From contig JBBIJE010000007.1 of assembly GCA_037446155.1 (NCBI GenBank), forward strand, positions 1,765 to 65,764: DNA of 64,000 bases, given 5' to 3'. The position numbers and the translations under genes were made by a program. The notes under the pieces were generated by a model. That model was given only the letters and a program-made list of their open reading frames with translations, searched no databases and had not been told where the DNA came from. How positions within the stretch are numbered: position 1 is the stretch's first letter; each line of letters starts with the position of its first letter. Source of the stretch: Myxococcales bacterium (lineage in GTDB: Bacteria; Desulfobacterota; Binatia; UTPRO1; JBBIJE01). Positions 20,301-27,930 of the stretch are shown here, one piece after another.

Positions 20301-20875
20301 TGTGCCAAGACGACACGCGCCCGGTCCCGAAACAGGGGGCGTTTTGCGTGGGAGGAGCCAACGCGGGGCTGCCTTGTACCGAGACGAGTGCGTGCCCCGG
20401 TGGAAGCTGCGAGGGAACGTGCGTGGGCGGGACGAACAACGGGCTGCCCTGTTTGACAGATGCCGATTGCCCGGGCGGGCCGCCGAGCAATCCCGCCAGA
20501 TGCGGCCACGAGGGATTCGGGGTGCCCACGCTACGCGGCATCTGGGACTCCTTTCCCTTGCTGCTTAGCGGCTCCGCTGGCCTCGGCATCTCTCCGGGCG
20601 CCGAGCCAGCGGTAACCTGCACCCGAGGGTCCCGAGCCGGCCTGCCCTGTTCGGACGACTCCGATTGTCCCGGTGGGGAGTGCCTTTGCAGCGACCTCGC
20701 TAATCCCGCCAACCCCTCAGGCGTGGCAGTCCCCGAGCGACACCAGGTCATGACGGAGCGCAACGCACTTCGCTCGGTGCTTACGGCGAACAATCCCGTC
20801 GGCGCCCACGGCAACACGGCTGGCCTGACCGCCGAGGAGCTCAACGACCTCATGGCGTTTATTCTGTCGCTCTAA
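17387..20875 (+). CDS. Large secreted multidomain protein: Cys-rich N-terminal region + YVTN-type beta-propeller repeats + di-haem cytochrome c peroxidase/MauG-like domain interrupted by four Cys-rich repeats
   Basis: 1162 aa. Signal peptide MVFGPVVLFALFATAAMPSGAAAS. Repeated LYVTN/VYD propeller blades (LYITSPQTDEVWVYD, AFVTNQNRNLVQVFD, LYVTNIQTADVSVID, LLYVACQGSGQISVLD, LYAVNQFTLSVTEID). Two CxxCH haem sites (CATCH, CANCH) plus GVPTLRGIWDS and a C-terminal LTAEELNDLMAFILSL typical of CCP/MauG. Four copies of C-x-G-G-x-N-x-G-L-P-C-x4-D-C-P-G-G-x(n)-C. Confidence 0.7.
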   Translation: MVFGPVVLFALFATAAMPSGAAASVCDGAPACVPGGGSTRTDCLVEWQVLPTPPPSNGFPSARIDCVDGTSCDGDGSANGECLVSINICINNVDSRLPDCNAATLGLPKLEIASVQLAKPLKVKRDGFDAANKAAIIEALRSLNVPVTARELGLLSSGGGSAEQACTGTPLRFRVPLTIHRGAVTKSRKTIKILATTPPPAGGTKGIFDRDRLKISCLPNPAPPSVATPQPTGIGPSIVSNATDHPVQIEGSALASGTRLVLQNQQGKELMWLPTVHISDSLLAALVPEGFPVAGTTARPEVEELRAVLVHPYLAGVAPVVPNRFTAVDDLNFTNPNSAALSPDQSKLYITSPQTDEVWVYDTAANAFIDQDPQERGVQGIPVGDNPFHVETLNLGGGSGLIWVVNRFSDFLSLIDPVTDRVVASVPVLKMAQEVEFDNSGTRAFVTNQNRNLVQVFDISGNPEAPVEITRVEVGMSPRGMAINSSDTKLYVTNIQTADVSVIDVDEQSPTVYTLRSTPTGISIQPRAGDDIVGGFADGWEAYIIGGRAPRGVAYSRALDHVFVSSVGPNIGPRPGVTPGSINGTIMHPVITVIDASTDAIVRHIAIEGTDPEQIAIDDDARLLYVACQGSGQISVLDLNLATGSAAQANAAEVAVIELPLAPGSPTLSPPISVTGDYGERRCGGGTNNRLPCQQAADCPGSPLGELACRQNNPVGLHNGPRGIAIAQGGNPLYAVNQFTLSVTEIDTSLAPSFATSVPVVFGEGGFVERLRRLGQIDFFTDLRNSNVSCATCHIDDGQDGLIHEADVVGPRLRRVLSVRNTRDIPPLLQDQLVPDLRAFVDLVVHLERDVPDAQVCLPCTNLGCLFDGCFLTSDPDMEANKAYVEDVAFFPNPNLNPDGSLSTSVPLPDGGTGNAVSGATIFDTLNCANCHPGPLYTIDQFQPTVVNFSDLVRGVRMRGVGTPIHQSLRDMCQDDTRPVPKQGAFCVGGANAGLPCTETSACPGGSCEGTCVGGTNNGLPCLTDADCPGGPPSNPARCGHEGFGVPTLRGIWDSFPLLLSGSAGLGISPGAEPAVTCTRGSRAGLPCSDDSDCPGGECLCSDLANPANPSGVAVPERHQVMTERNALRSVLTANNPVGAHGNTAGLTAEELNDLMAFILSL

Positions 20876-21021
20876 GGTCGATTCGAGGGCGGAAAAGCCA
20901 ACGCCGGGAACGATGTCGCCGAGCTGGGCGGATCGGTTCGAGTTTGACTGAAGGCAACGCGCACTCTAATTCATGGGGACGAAGGCACGTGGTCTGCAAA
21001 CGAGGAGAAGCGGGGCTTACC

Positions 21022-21651
21022 ATGGGCGGGATTGTCCTCGCCGGCGGCCGCAGTAAGCGCATGGGATCGGCCAAGGAATGGCTCGACTTCGCCGGCGTTC
21101 CCATGTTACGGCGCGTCGTGGAGACCGTGGCTTCGCAGACCGCGCCGGTTGCGGTCGCAAGGAGCAAGGGCCAGGCGCTTCCACCCCTTCCCGCCGACAT
21201 CATCCTGACGGAGGATGAGGTGGACGACTGTGGGCCTCTCGGAGGGCTTGCGGCCGGGCTGGCGGCTCTAGAGGGTGCCGCCGATGCGGTTTTTCTTTGT
21301 TCCTGCGATGTACCGCTGCTTAAACCGGCCTTTATCCGCCTAGTGGCCCAGTCGCTCGGTGACTACGACATCGCCGTTCCGTGGGTCGCGGGACGGTACC
21401 ACCCTCTGGCTGCCGCCTACCGAGGCCGGTTGCTTCCGGTAGCGAGGAAACTCTTGGCGGCGGGCGAGCGCAGAATGCACTTCCTTTTCCCCGAAGCCCG
21501 CGTTAGGGTCTTGGAGCCCCCCCTCTTGCGCTCGGCCGACAGCGCTCTTTACTCGCTTCTGAACTGCAATACGAAAGAGGAATACCGGGAGCTTCTTCGG
21601 CTCTTCGACACCATCGGTGAAACGACACGAATCAGCGGCGAGGCGAGTTAG
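21022..21651 (+). CDS. mobA: Molybdenum cofactor guanylyltransferase MobA
   Basis: GIVLAGGRSKRMG motif and the LxxDxP region of MobA. The true start is likely the MGGIVLAGG methionine; the track ORF begins at 20944. Confidence 0.8.
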   Translation: MGGIVLAGGRSKRMGSAKEWLDFAGVPMLRRVVETVASQTAPVAVARSKGQALPPLPADIILTEDEVDDCGPLGGLAAGLAALEGAADAVFLCSCDVPLLKPAFIRLVAQSLGDYDIAVPWVAGRYHPLAAAYRGRLLPVARKLLAAGERRMHFLFPEARVRVLEPPLLRSADSALYSLLNCNTKEEYRELLRLFDTIGETTRISGEAS

Positions 21652-21673
21652 GTAACCAACGCAGCCGGCAGAC

Positions 21674-22660
21674 ATGACCAGATCCCTTTTCCGGCAAACG
21701 ATCCCCCGCCAGCATGGAGCATGGTCGATCCTGGCCGCCGCCGCGGCACTGGGAATGGTCGCGGGAGGCGGCTTGCGGGTACAGGGCGCGCTGTTCGCTG
21801 TGTGCGTCGTCCTGGGATTTTTCGCCCAGCACACCGGCGAGCTTTGGCTCAAGTTTTCAGGCTCAACGAACAGGCGAAGGGAGATCGGGTACCTTCTGCT
21901 GGCGTATGCCTTGACCTTTCTCCTCTGCGGCGCGATGTTGCTCTTCAAGTACGAGCTCTGGGGCCTATTACCCTTGGCTGGACTGGCATCTGGGCTGGTG
22001 GCCCTCTCCCTCACTCTATCCAAGGTCCGCAAGGCAAGAACCGTAGTCGGGGAGATCGTGAACGTCTTAGCTCTCACTCTGGTCCTTCCCGCCGCCGCCT
22101 ACTGTGCAGCCGGGAGCTACGTTTACCCTACTGTGGGCCTAACGCTCATGGCAGCGATTTTTTTCTGCGCAAGCATATTCCATGTCCGGTACTTGGTGCG
22201 TGGAGGCCGCCGCCAGGCCGGATCGGCTCCCGAGCGGTTGCGGGCCGCGACGCCCTCGCTCGCCTATCACGCTCTCGGCCTGGTCGCTGCCGGTGCGCTC
22301 GCCGCCTTCGGACTTCTCCCCATAGCAGCGCCACTCGCTCTTCTCCCGGTGACGCTCAAAGCTCTCCGGGCCGCAGCGATGCCGGCCCGCGGACCCACTC
22401 CGATCAGAACGATCGGGTATGTGGAACTCGCCCATACGATCGTCTTCGTCTTGCTGGCGGCGCTGTTGGCGGTACCGAGGTCTGGGAGGGGTTGCCATAC
22501 AATTGAGAATGAGTTTCAATTGCGCCTGTGCCGTTACTCTGCTCGAAGGCCGGCCCGCCCCGCCCCGCCGCCATCCCGCGCGGGATGGGTGGACCTTCAC
22601 CTCGACGCAACTTCGATTCTCTCGCCGCACTCTGTAGCCGCAGCGCCCGGGCAGCCCTAG
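21674..22660 (+). CDS. YwiC-like family polytopic membrane protein
   Basis: Starts with the family-typical PRQHGAWSILAAAAALG motif and has ~8 predicted TM helices. The last ~60 codons look non-membrane and low-complexity, and overlap the next gene in another frame, so the true stop/start here is uncertain. Confidence 0.5.
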   Translation: MTRSLFRQTIPRQHGAWSILAAAAALGMVAGGGLRVQGALFAVCVVLGFFAQHTGELWLKFSGSTNRRREIGYLLLAYALTFLLCGAMLLFKYELWGLLPLAGLASGLVALSLTLSKVRKARTVVGEIVNVLALTLVLPAAAYCAAGSYVYPTVGLTLMAAIFFCASIFHVRYLVRGGRRQAGSAPERLRAATPSLAYHALGLVAAGALAAFGLLPIAAPLALLPVTLKALRAAAMPARGPTPIRTIGYVELAHTIVFVLLAALLAVPRSGRGCHTIENEFQLRLCRYSARRPARPAPPPSRAGWVDLHLDATSILSPHSVAAAPGQP

Positions 22661-23379
22661 CTCTCGTGATCATTGGGTTCGACTGCGCTTTTGCTTACCG
22701 CCCCCTGGCGACCGAGGACGCAGGAGTCGCCGGTCGGCACAGGACCGAGGCGGAGGCAAGCTCGCAGTTCGTCGTCTGGCCTGACGGTACACGAGAGGGG
22801 CAGTTCTTGGCGGTGGGTATCGTAGGCTTGACGGAGCGGATCGAGGTCTCGCTCGAGCTACCCTATCTTTTGCACGATTCGCAGAGAGAAGGCGTGGCGA
22901 GTGGTCTAGGCGACCTCCAGATCGGGGGAAAGCTCTCGCTCGCCGGCGAGGTCCCCCCTTTTCCGGCTTTGGCCCTGCGCGGTACGGTAAAAACTGCCAC
23001 CGCAGACGCGGGCGATGGGCTTGGTTCTGGCGGCACGGACTACCAGCTCCTGGCGGTAGCGTCGAAACCCACAGGCCCCGTTTCCTGCCACGCGATGGGC
23101 GGTGTGACGCTTGTCGAGATCGAAGGTGGAAAAACCGAGCCGGCTATCCCGTACGGAGTGGCGGCAGACTGGCGAGTGCACGAGCGGCTTCACCTCGTGA
23201 CCGAGGTGGCCGGACACCGGCACCCAGACAAAGGGTTCGGCCAGGATCCGGCGCTCCTGTCGGTTGGAATGATCCTGCCCATGGGTTCGATGGTCTCCGT
23301 CGATGCGGCGGTTGGGACGGGCTTGACGAAGCACGCTCCGGACGTGGCTCTCGTCCTGGGCGCAACGATTTTCTTCTGA
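22528..23379 (+). CDS. Outer-membrane beta-barrel protein (MetA-pathway/transporter-like OMP family)
   Basis: Signal-peptide-like ARAALALVIIGFDCAFA, alternating amphipathic beta-strands, GLGDLQIGGK motif, C-terminal ...ALVLGATIFF (terminal Phe is an OMP signature). The start is probably downstream of 22528. Confidence 0.45.
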   Translation: MPLLCSKAGPPRPAAIPRGMGGPSPRRNFDSLAALCSRSARAALALVIIGFDCAFAYRPLATEDAGVAGRHRTEAEASSQFVVWPDGTREGQFLAVGIVGLTERIEVSLELPYLLHDSQREGVASGLGDLQIGGKLSLAGEVPPFPALALRGTVKTATADAGDGLGSGGTDYQLLAVASKPTGPVSCHAMGGVTLVEIEGGKTEPAIPYGVAADWRVHERLHLVTEVAGHRHPDKGFGQDPALLSVGMILPMGSMVSVDAAVGTGLTKHAPDVALVLGATIFF

Positions 23380-23601
23380 GGTCGAAGCGAAAAGAAGAGC
23401 GCAAAAGGCTTCCACCACCACCCGAGCCCCGCCCTTCCAATCCTCGGATGACTCGGATACAAGGTCTGCGTTTTCCGCTTCGGGCCGCCTGCTCCTCATC
23501 CCGAAGCTTCGCGGACTCTCCAGTGGGGCGGGCGGCGGATGGGAGGCGGCGGGGCTCGAGACCGGCGCGCCCCGGAATTCTAGGGAAGCATAGGATATTG
23601 G

Positions 23602-24819
23602 GTGAAGTACACTCGAAACGAATGCATGCTCCTTGCGCTTGCCGGCGTCGGCCATTTCAACACCCACCTGCTCGAGCTCATGTTTCCAACCGCCGCCATC
23701 GCCATCGCCGCCGATTCGGGAATGCCGCTGGCACACGTGACGGGACTCAGCTTCGCGGGCTACCTTCTCTTTGGGCTGGGAGCATTACCGGCGGGGATCA
23801 TCACCGACCACCTCGGATGCCGGCGCGTTTTGCTGGGCTCGATGGCTTTGGCTTCGCTTTTCGCGTTGGCAACCGGCGTGGCAGAGCCCGGCTGGCAGTT
23901 GGCGCTCACCCTCGCGGGAATGGGAGCCGCGCTTAGCGCCTATCACCCGGCCGGTACGAGCCTTCTCTCCCGAGGCATTCGCGCGCGAGGTAGGGCGCTC
24001 GGAATCAACGGCGTGTGCGGCAATCTCGGAGTGAGCGCCGCCCCGATCGTAACCGCGACGCTGCAGGCGAGCTGGCTCGGCTGGCGGGGAACATACTTGG
24101 CGGTGGGAGCAGTAAATCTCACCATCGTTCTTTTCTTTTCCCTTCTGAGGATCGAGGAACCCTTGACGCAAGGAAGTGGCTCGCCAGCGGAGGACCACGC
24201 TACCGACGGAAGCTCACCTTGGCATCTTTTCGTGTTTCTTTGCCTCGCCGCAACCCTAGCCGGCATCATCTACCGGGGCAATACCGTCATATTGCCCGCG
24301 TACTTCTCGGAACGCGTCACTCTCGTGAGCTACGGCGTGGCGACCTCTCTAGCGTACGTGGTCGGTGTCCCTGCCCAATACCTGGGCGGAGTGCTGGCTG
24401 ACCGCCACGAGCTTCGCTGGCTCTATTTTTCCGCGCACGCCTTGACGCTTCCCCTCTTGCTCCTCATGCCACTTCTCACCCAGGCTCCCCTCGTCGGGGT
24501 CGGAGCCGCCATCGTTCTCTTCAGCCTCGGCATGCAGCCGATCGAAAACAGCCTCTTCGCGAAACTCACACCGCCACGCTGGCGCGCGACCGGTTATGGG
24601 ACCAAGTTCGTGCTGACCTTCGGACTGGGGGCCACCGGGGTCGCGATCGTGGAGCGTGCGCAGGCTGAGGGAGATCTTTCGCTCGCGTTTCTATGGCTTG
24701 GCGGTATCGCCTTGGCTATGGTGTTAAGCGCAAGTTGCCTCTTGTTTTTTGGCCGAAGCCAGCTCTTCAATCGGGTCGCGCACCCTGCAGGCGAGCCGCC
24801 ACTGCACCGAGCCGACTAG
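23602..24819 (+). CDS. MFS transporter
   Basis: 405 aa, 12 predicted TM helices, MFS motif A-like GxLxDxxGCRRVLL between TM2 and TM3. Confidence 0.8.
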   Translation: MKYTRNECMLLALAGVGHFNTHLLELMFPTAAIAIAADSGMPLAHVTGLSFAGYLLFGLGALPAGIITDHLGCRRVLLGSMALASLFALATGVAEPGWQLALTLAGMGAALSAYHPAGTSLLSRGIRARGRALGINGVCGNLGVSAAPIVTATLQASWLGWRGTYLAVGAVNLTIVLFFSLLRIEEPLTQGSGSPAEDHATDGSSPWHLFVFLCLAATLAGIIYRGNTVILPAYFSERVTLVSYGVATSLAYVVGVPAQYLGGVLADRHELRWLYFSAHALTLPLLLLMPLLTQAPLVGVGAAIVLFSLGMQPIENSLFAKLTPPRWRATGYGTKFVLTFGLGATGVAIVERAQAEGDLSLAFLWLGGIALAMVLSASCLLFFGRSQLFNRVAHPAGEPPLHRAD

Positions 24820-25023
24820 CAGAAAAGCGGCCGAGCCGGAGCCCTCCGAGACCCTTTGCACGCCCGGATCGAGCGACTGCCCGCGAATGCATTTCGCTAC
24901 CACGGTGACAAGTTTTCGCCAGTCGTCTTGCCGATACCGCATTTCCCAGGCCGCCAAGGCGCATTGACGGGGCATCGTCTTTCAGGCCTGCAGATTGCAT
25001 TCGAATGTCGCTCATAACTAGCC

Positions 25024-25335
25024 TTGAGGAGGTACGAGATGAGATATCGCAATGCGCTTTTCTCGATCGCTTTGTGCAGCCTCTTGGGGCTTGCTCTGGC
25101 CCCCGTTAGCGCGCTCGCCTACGGGGACGGCACGCCGGATACCGATCCCCCGGCTGAAGAGGTGTGGTGCGACGGCCTGACCGGTCGCGTTTGGGGCCTT
25201 TGCGTGGCGTACTGCGAAGCGCAAGACTGCCCGAGCTCGGCCCACCCTTCGTGCGACGTGCTGCGAGACAAGTTATTCAGTCTGACCGGGACCGATCGCT
25301 TTCCTTGTGACGACGTAGGTCCAGGGATCGAATAG
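25024..25335 (+). CDS. Small secreted Cys-rich hypothetical protein
   Basis: 103 aa. Signal peptide (LFSIALCSLLGLALAPVSALA) and 8 Cys in the mature ~75 aa (WCDGLTGRVWGLCVAYCEAQDCPSSAHPSCD...FPCDD). GGAGG RBS 7 nt upstream. A 6-bp GC hairpin lies directly after the stop. Confidence 0.45.
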   Translation: MRRYEMRYRNALFSIALCSLLGLALAPVSALAYGDGTPDTDPPAEEVWCDGLTGRVWGLCVAYCEAQDCPSSAHPSCDVLRDKLFSLTGTDRFPCDDVGPGIE

Positions 25336-25338
25336 TTC

Positions 25339-25357
25339 TCGGGCGAGGTATTCGCCC
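25339..25357 (+). terminator. Short GC hairpin after the small Cys-rich ORF (possible intrinsic terminator lacking a U-tract)
   Basis: GGGCGA-ggtat-TCGCCC stem-loop beginning 4 nt after the stop codon. It is not followed by a T-run. Confidence 0.25.
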
Positions 25358-25524
25358 CCATCTGGTGCAGGGCCGGGCGAAGCGTCGACACGTGACCGCC
25401 CGGCTTTGCGCTCCCCACCGCTCACGCTCGACTCCAGCCACCCCCCTTACGCGAACGGCGTTAGCCCAGGCTCCTCGCATGCCACCGCTGTTCCGGTAGC
25501 CGCCTCGCCCGAACGCCGGGCCGG

Positions 25525-26745
25525 TTGCTGCCTTCCGCCTCCTCCTGTATGGTCGGGACCGAGCACGAGAGGCATATGGGATCCACCGCACGAGCGAAAA
25601 GCAGGCTGACGCGCACCGTTAGGATAGGCACACACGCAATCGGCGGCGCAAACCCGATTGCAGTGCAGAGCATGTGCGCCACCAGGACCGCCGACATCGA
25701 CGCCACCGTCGCTCAAATCGACTCACTGTTGAGAGCGGGCGCTGCGATCGTCCGAGTCGCTGTGGACAACGAAAGAGACGTGGAGGCACTGCGGGAGATC
25801 CGCCGACAGCTTTCCTCGGCTACGCTGGCCGTCGACCTGCAGGAAGCATACAGACTCGCTCCCAAGGTCGCACCCATGGTTCAAAAGCTCCGTTACAACC
25901 CTGGGCATCTTCATCACGTGGAGCGTGAAAAGCCGCTTCGAGCGAAACTGAGCTGGCTCGCTCGGATTGCGCAAGATAGCGACTGCGCGATCCGGATCGG
26001 CGTTAACTGCGGTTCGGTCGAGCCCGTGTTTTTGGAGCGTCACCCCAACGATCGCGTCGAGGCCATGATTCGCTCGGCTCTTTTTCACTGCGAGGCATTG
26101 GAAGCACTCGGCTTCTCGCGCTTTTTGGTCTCGCTCAAGGACTCAGACCCGATCCGGGTGGTGGACGCCAACCGCCGCTTTGCCAGCCTGCGCCCCGACG
26201 TACCGCTTCATTTGGGAGTAACGGAAGCGGGCCTCCTACCGGACGGGCTGGTCAAGAGCCGCTGGGCTCTCTTGAGCCTCCTAGCCGAGGGCATCGGAGA
26301 TACATTGAGGGTTTCTCTCACCCTTCCCTACGAACGCAAGTGGGAGGAAGTGAAGGCAGGCTACGACATTCTCGCGGACCTGGCGCAGGGGAAGGGCCCG
26401 GGTGCGCTCGATCGCGAGCCCGGTGTCAATATCGTCGCCTGCCCGAGCTGCTCTCGCGTCGAAAACGAAGGCTTCGTGCAGCTGGCCGAACGGGTTCGCC
26501 AACTCGCCCAAGACCTCGGCGCCTGCGGTATTACCATAGCCGTGATGGGCTGTCGGGTGAATGGGCCGGGGGAGACTGACGAGGCCGACCTAGGGGTTTG
26601 GTGCGGTCCGACGCGGGTCAATCTAAAGCGCGGGCCGACGCTGCTAGGGAACTTTACCTACGACGAGATCCTACCGAGACTGAGAAAGGAGATACGCTCG
26701 CTTCTGGCAAGCCGCCGAGGTGGCGGACAAGCTAGCGGCTCCTGA
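25525..26745 (+). CDS. ispG: 4-hydroxy-3-methylbut-2-en-1-yl diphosphate synthase IspG (GcpE)
   Basis: TRTVRIGTHAIGGANPIAVQSMCAT N-terminal motif and C-terminal Cys triad (CPSCSR...MGCRVNGPGE). The probable start is the MGSTARAK methionine, ~17 codons into the ORF. Confidence 0.9.
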   Translation: MLPSASSCMVGTEHERHMGSTARAKSRLTRTVRIGTHAIGGANPIAVQSMCATRTADIDATVAQIDSLLRAGAAIVRVAVDNERDVEALREIRRQLSSATLAVDLQEAYRLAPKVAPMVQKLRYNPGHLHHVEREKPLRAKLSWLARIAQDSDCAIRIGVNCGSVEPVFLERHPNDRVEAMIRSALFHCEALEALGFSRFLVSLKDSDPIRVVDANRRFASLRPDVPLHLGVTEAGLLPDGLVKSRWALLSLLAEGIGDTLRVSLTLPYERKWEEVKAGYDILADLAQGKGPGALDREPGVNIVACPSCSRVENEGFVQLAERVRQLAQDLGACGITIAVMGCRVNGPGETDEADLGVWCGPTRVNLKRGPTLLGNFTYDEILPRLRKEIRSLLASRRGGGQASGS

Positions 26746-26780
26746 GCTCACCGCAAGGCGCAGCGTGCCTGGCAGCCGAC

Positions 26781-27422
26781 CTATCCGGCCCGCGCGGCGC
26801 GCCCGAGCACAACGCCCCCCAAGGCGAGTCCCAGGCCCATGAGCGGTATTCTGGCCAGAGATACCAGGTCGTTCACGAAGGCGAACGGCCCTAGGATGGC
26901 GAAAAGCACGAGCATGACCGCAAGCGATCTCCCGAGGCGTTCCTCTTTCCATACCCCGGCCGAGAAAACGAAGAGAGCGAGGTAAGCGAAACAAAACTTA
27001 AGCTGCGCTATCACGTAAGTGAGATTCGCCTCCTCGTGGCCCACGGGGGCGCCCGCGCTCACGCTCTCGATCATCCCGAGCAACCTCGCATTCTCCCAAA
27101 GATCGAACCCCCCGGTGGCCAGCCCCCCGGCAAGCCCCAACCAAGCCAATGCCCCCGCGCGGTCGCGCGCCAGCTCCGCCATACCGACAAAGAAGCAAAG
27201 GTAGAGGATGACAAAGACATCGTCCCACGCAAGCGCCACCGCGATTCGCCTGCCCGACTCGTCGAGCAGACTCGTGAACGCGCCGGCCGGGTAGGGCATC
27301 TCGATCAACCGTGCCCGCTCGCCAATCGGCAGCAACACCGCTACGATGATCCCCAAGACGAGCGCCGCACCATAACCCCCGAGAGACCCGAAACGCAAAA
27401 GCGTGGTGCGACTAGAGCTCAT
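26781..27422 (-). CDS. Hypothetical integral membrane protein
   Basis: 213 aa with ~6 hydrophobic helices. No family recognised. Confidence 0.35.
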   Translation of the reverse strand: MSSSRTTLLRFGSLGGYGAALVLGIIVAVLLPIGERARLIEMPYPAGAFTSLLDESGRRIAVALAWDDVFVILYLCFFVGMAELARDRAGALAWLGLAGGLATGGFDLWENARLLGMIESVSAGAPVGHEEANLTYVIAQLKFCFAYLALFVFSAGVWKEERLGRSLAVMLVLFAILGPFAFVNDLVSLARIPLMGLGLALGGVVLGRAARAG

Positions 27423-27930
27423 TCGTGACCCGCCGGCGCCGGTCGTAGTAAAAGCGCCCGCTCGCGCTGGTCAGCAACCGCTCTTCCGCGTCCCTGATCT
27501 CCGCCCTGACCGCCGCAAAGCGCTCCCTCTCTTCCATTATTTCGGCCCGCGCCACGATCGGCACACCCGTGCGACATGGCGAATGGTATTCGATATGAAG
27601 CTCGGCGGTGAGGACGTACGTTCCCCGCGCAAAAAAGACCGCAGCACACATGGCCTCGTCCAGCAGCACCGCCTGCAATCCCCCATGCACTACTCCCGGA
27701 GCTCCTTGGAAGCGTTCGTCGAAGCGGTAGGGGCAAACCACCGCCGCTCCATCCCTGAAGAAGCGAACGCCCATGCCCGCGGGATTGCGAGGGGAACAGC
27801 CAAAGCAGCTCTTGGGCTCGGGAAAGACGAGCTCTTCCAGCTTGGCCTCCGGGCCCTCCGGGGTACCCTTTCCTTGCATCTTCACACTCTCTCTATGATG
27901 GTACTGATACCCATCCCACCCCCGATGCAC
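27412..27930 (-). CDS. Hotdog-fold thioesterase (PaaI/YbgC-like)
   Basis: Conserved [16 protein letters not shown] motif of PaaI-type thioesterases. The probable start is the internal MQGKGT methionine. Sits directly downstream of the thiolase. Confidence 0.6.
   Translation of the reverse strand: MHRGWDGYQYHHRESVKMQGKGTPEGPEAKLEELVFPEPKSCFGCSPRNPAGMGVRFFRDGAAVVCPYRFDERFQGAPGVVHGGLQAVLLDEAMCAAVFFARGTYVLTAELHIEYHSPCRTGVPIVARAEIMEERERFAAVRAEIRDAEERLLTSASGRFYYDRRRRVTNEL

Noticed and set aside
20876-21021. A TTGACT ... TCTAAT element upstream of mobA as a promoter.
   Set aside because: The spacer is only 15 nt and the -10 match is weak, so it is not reported as a feature.
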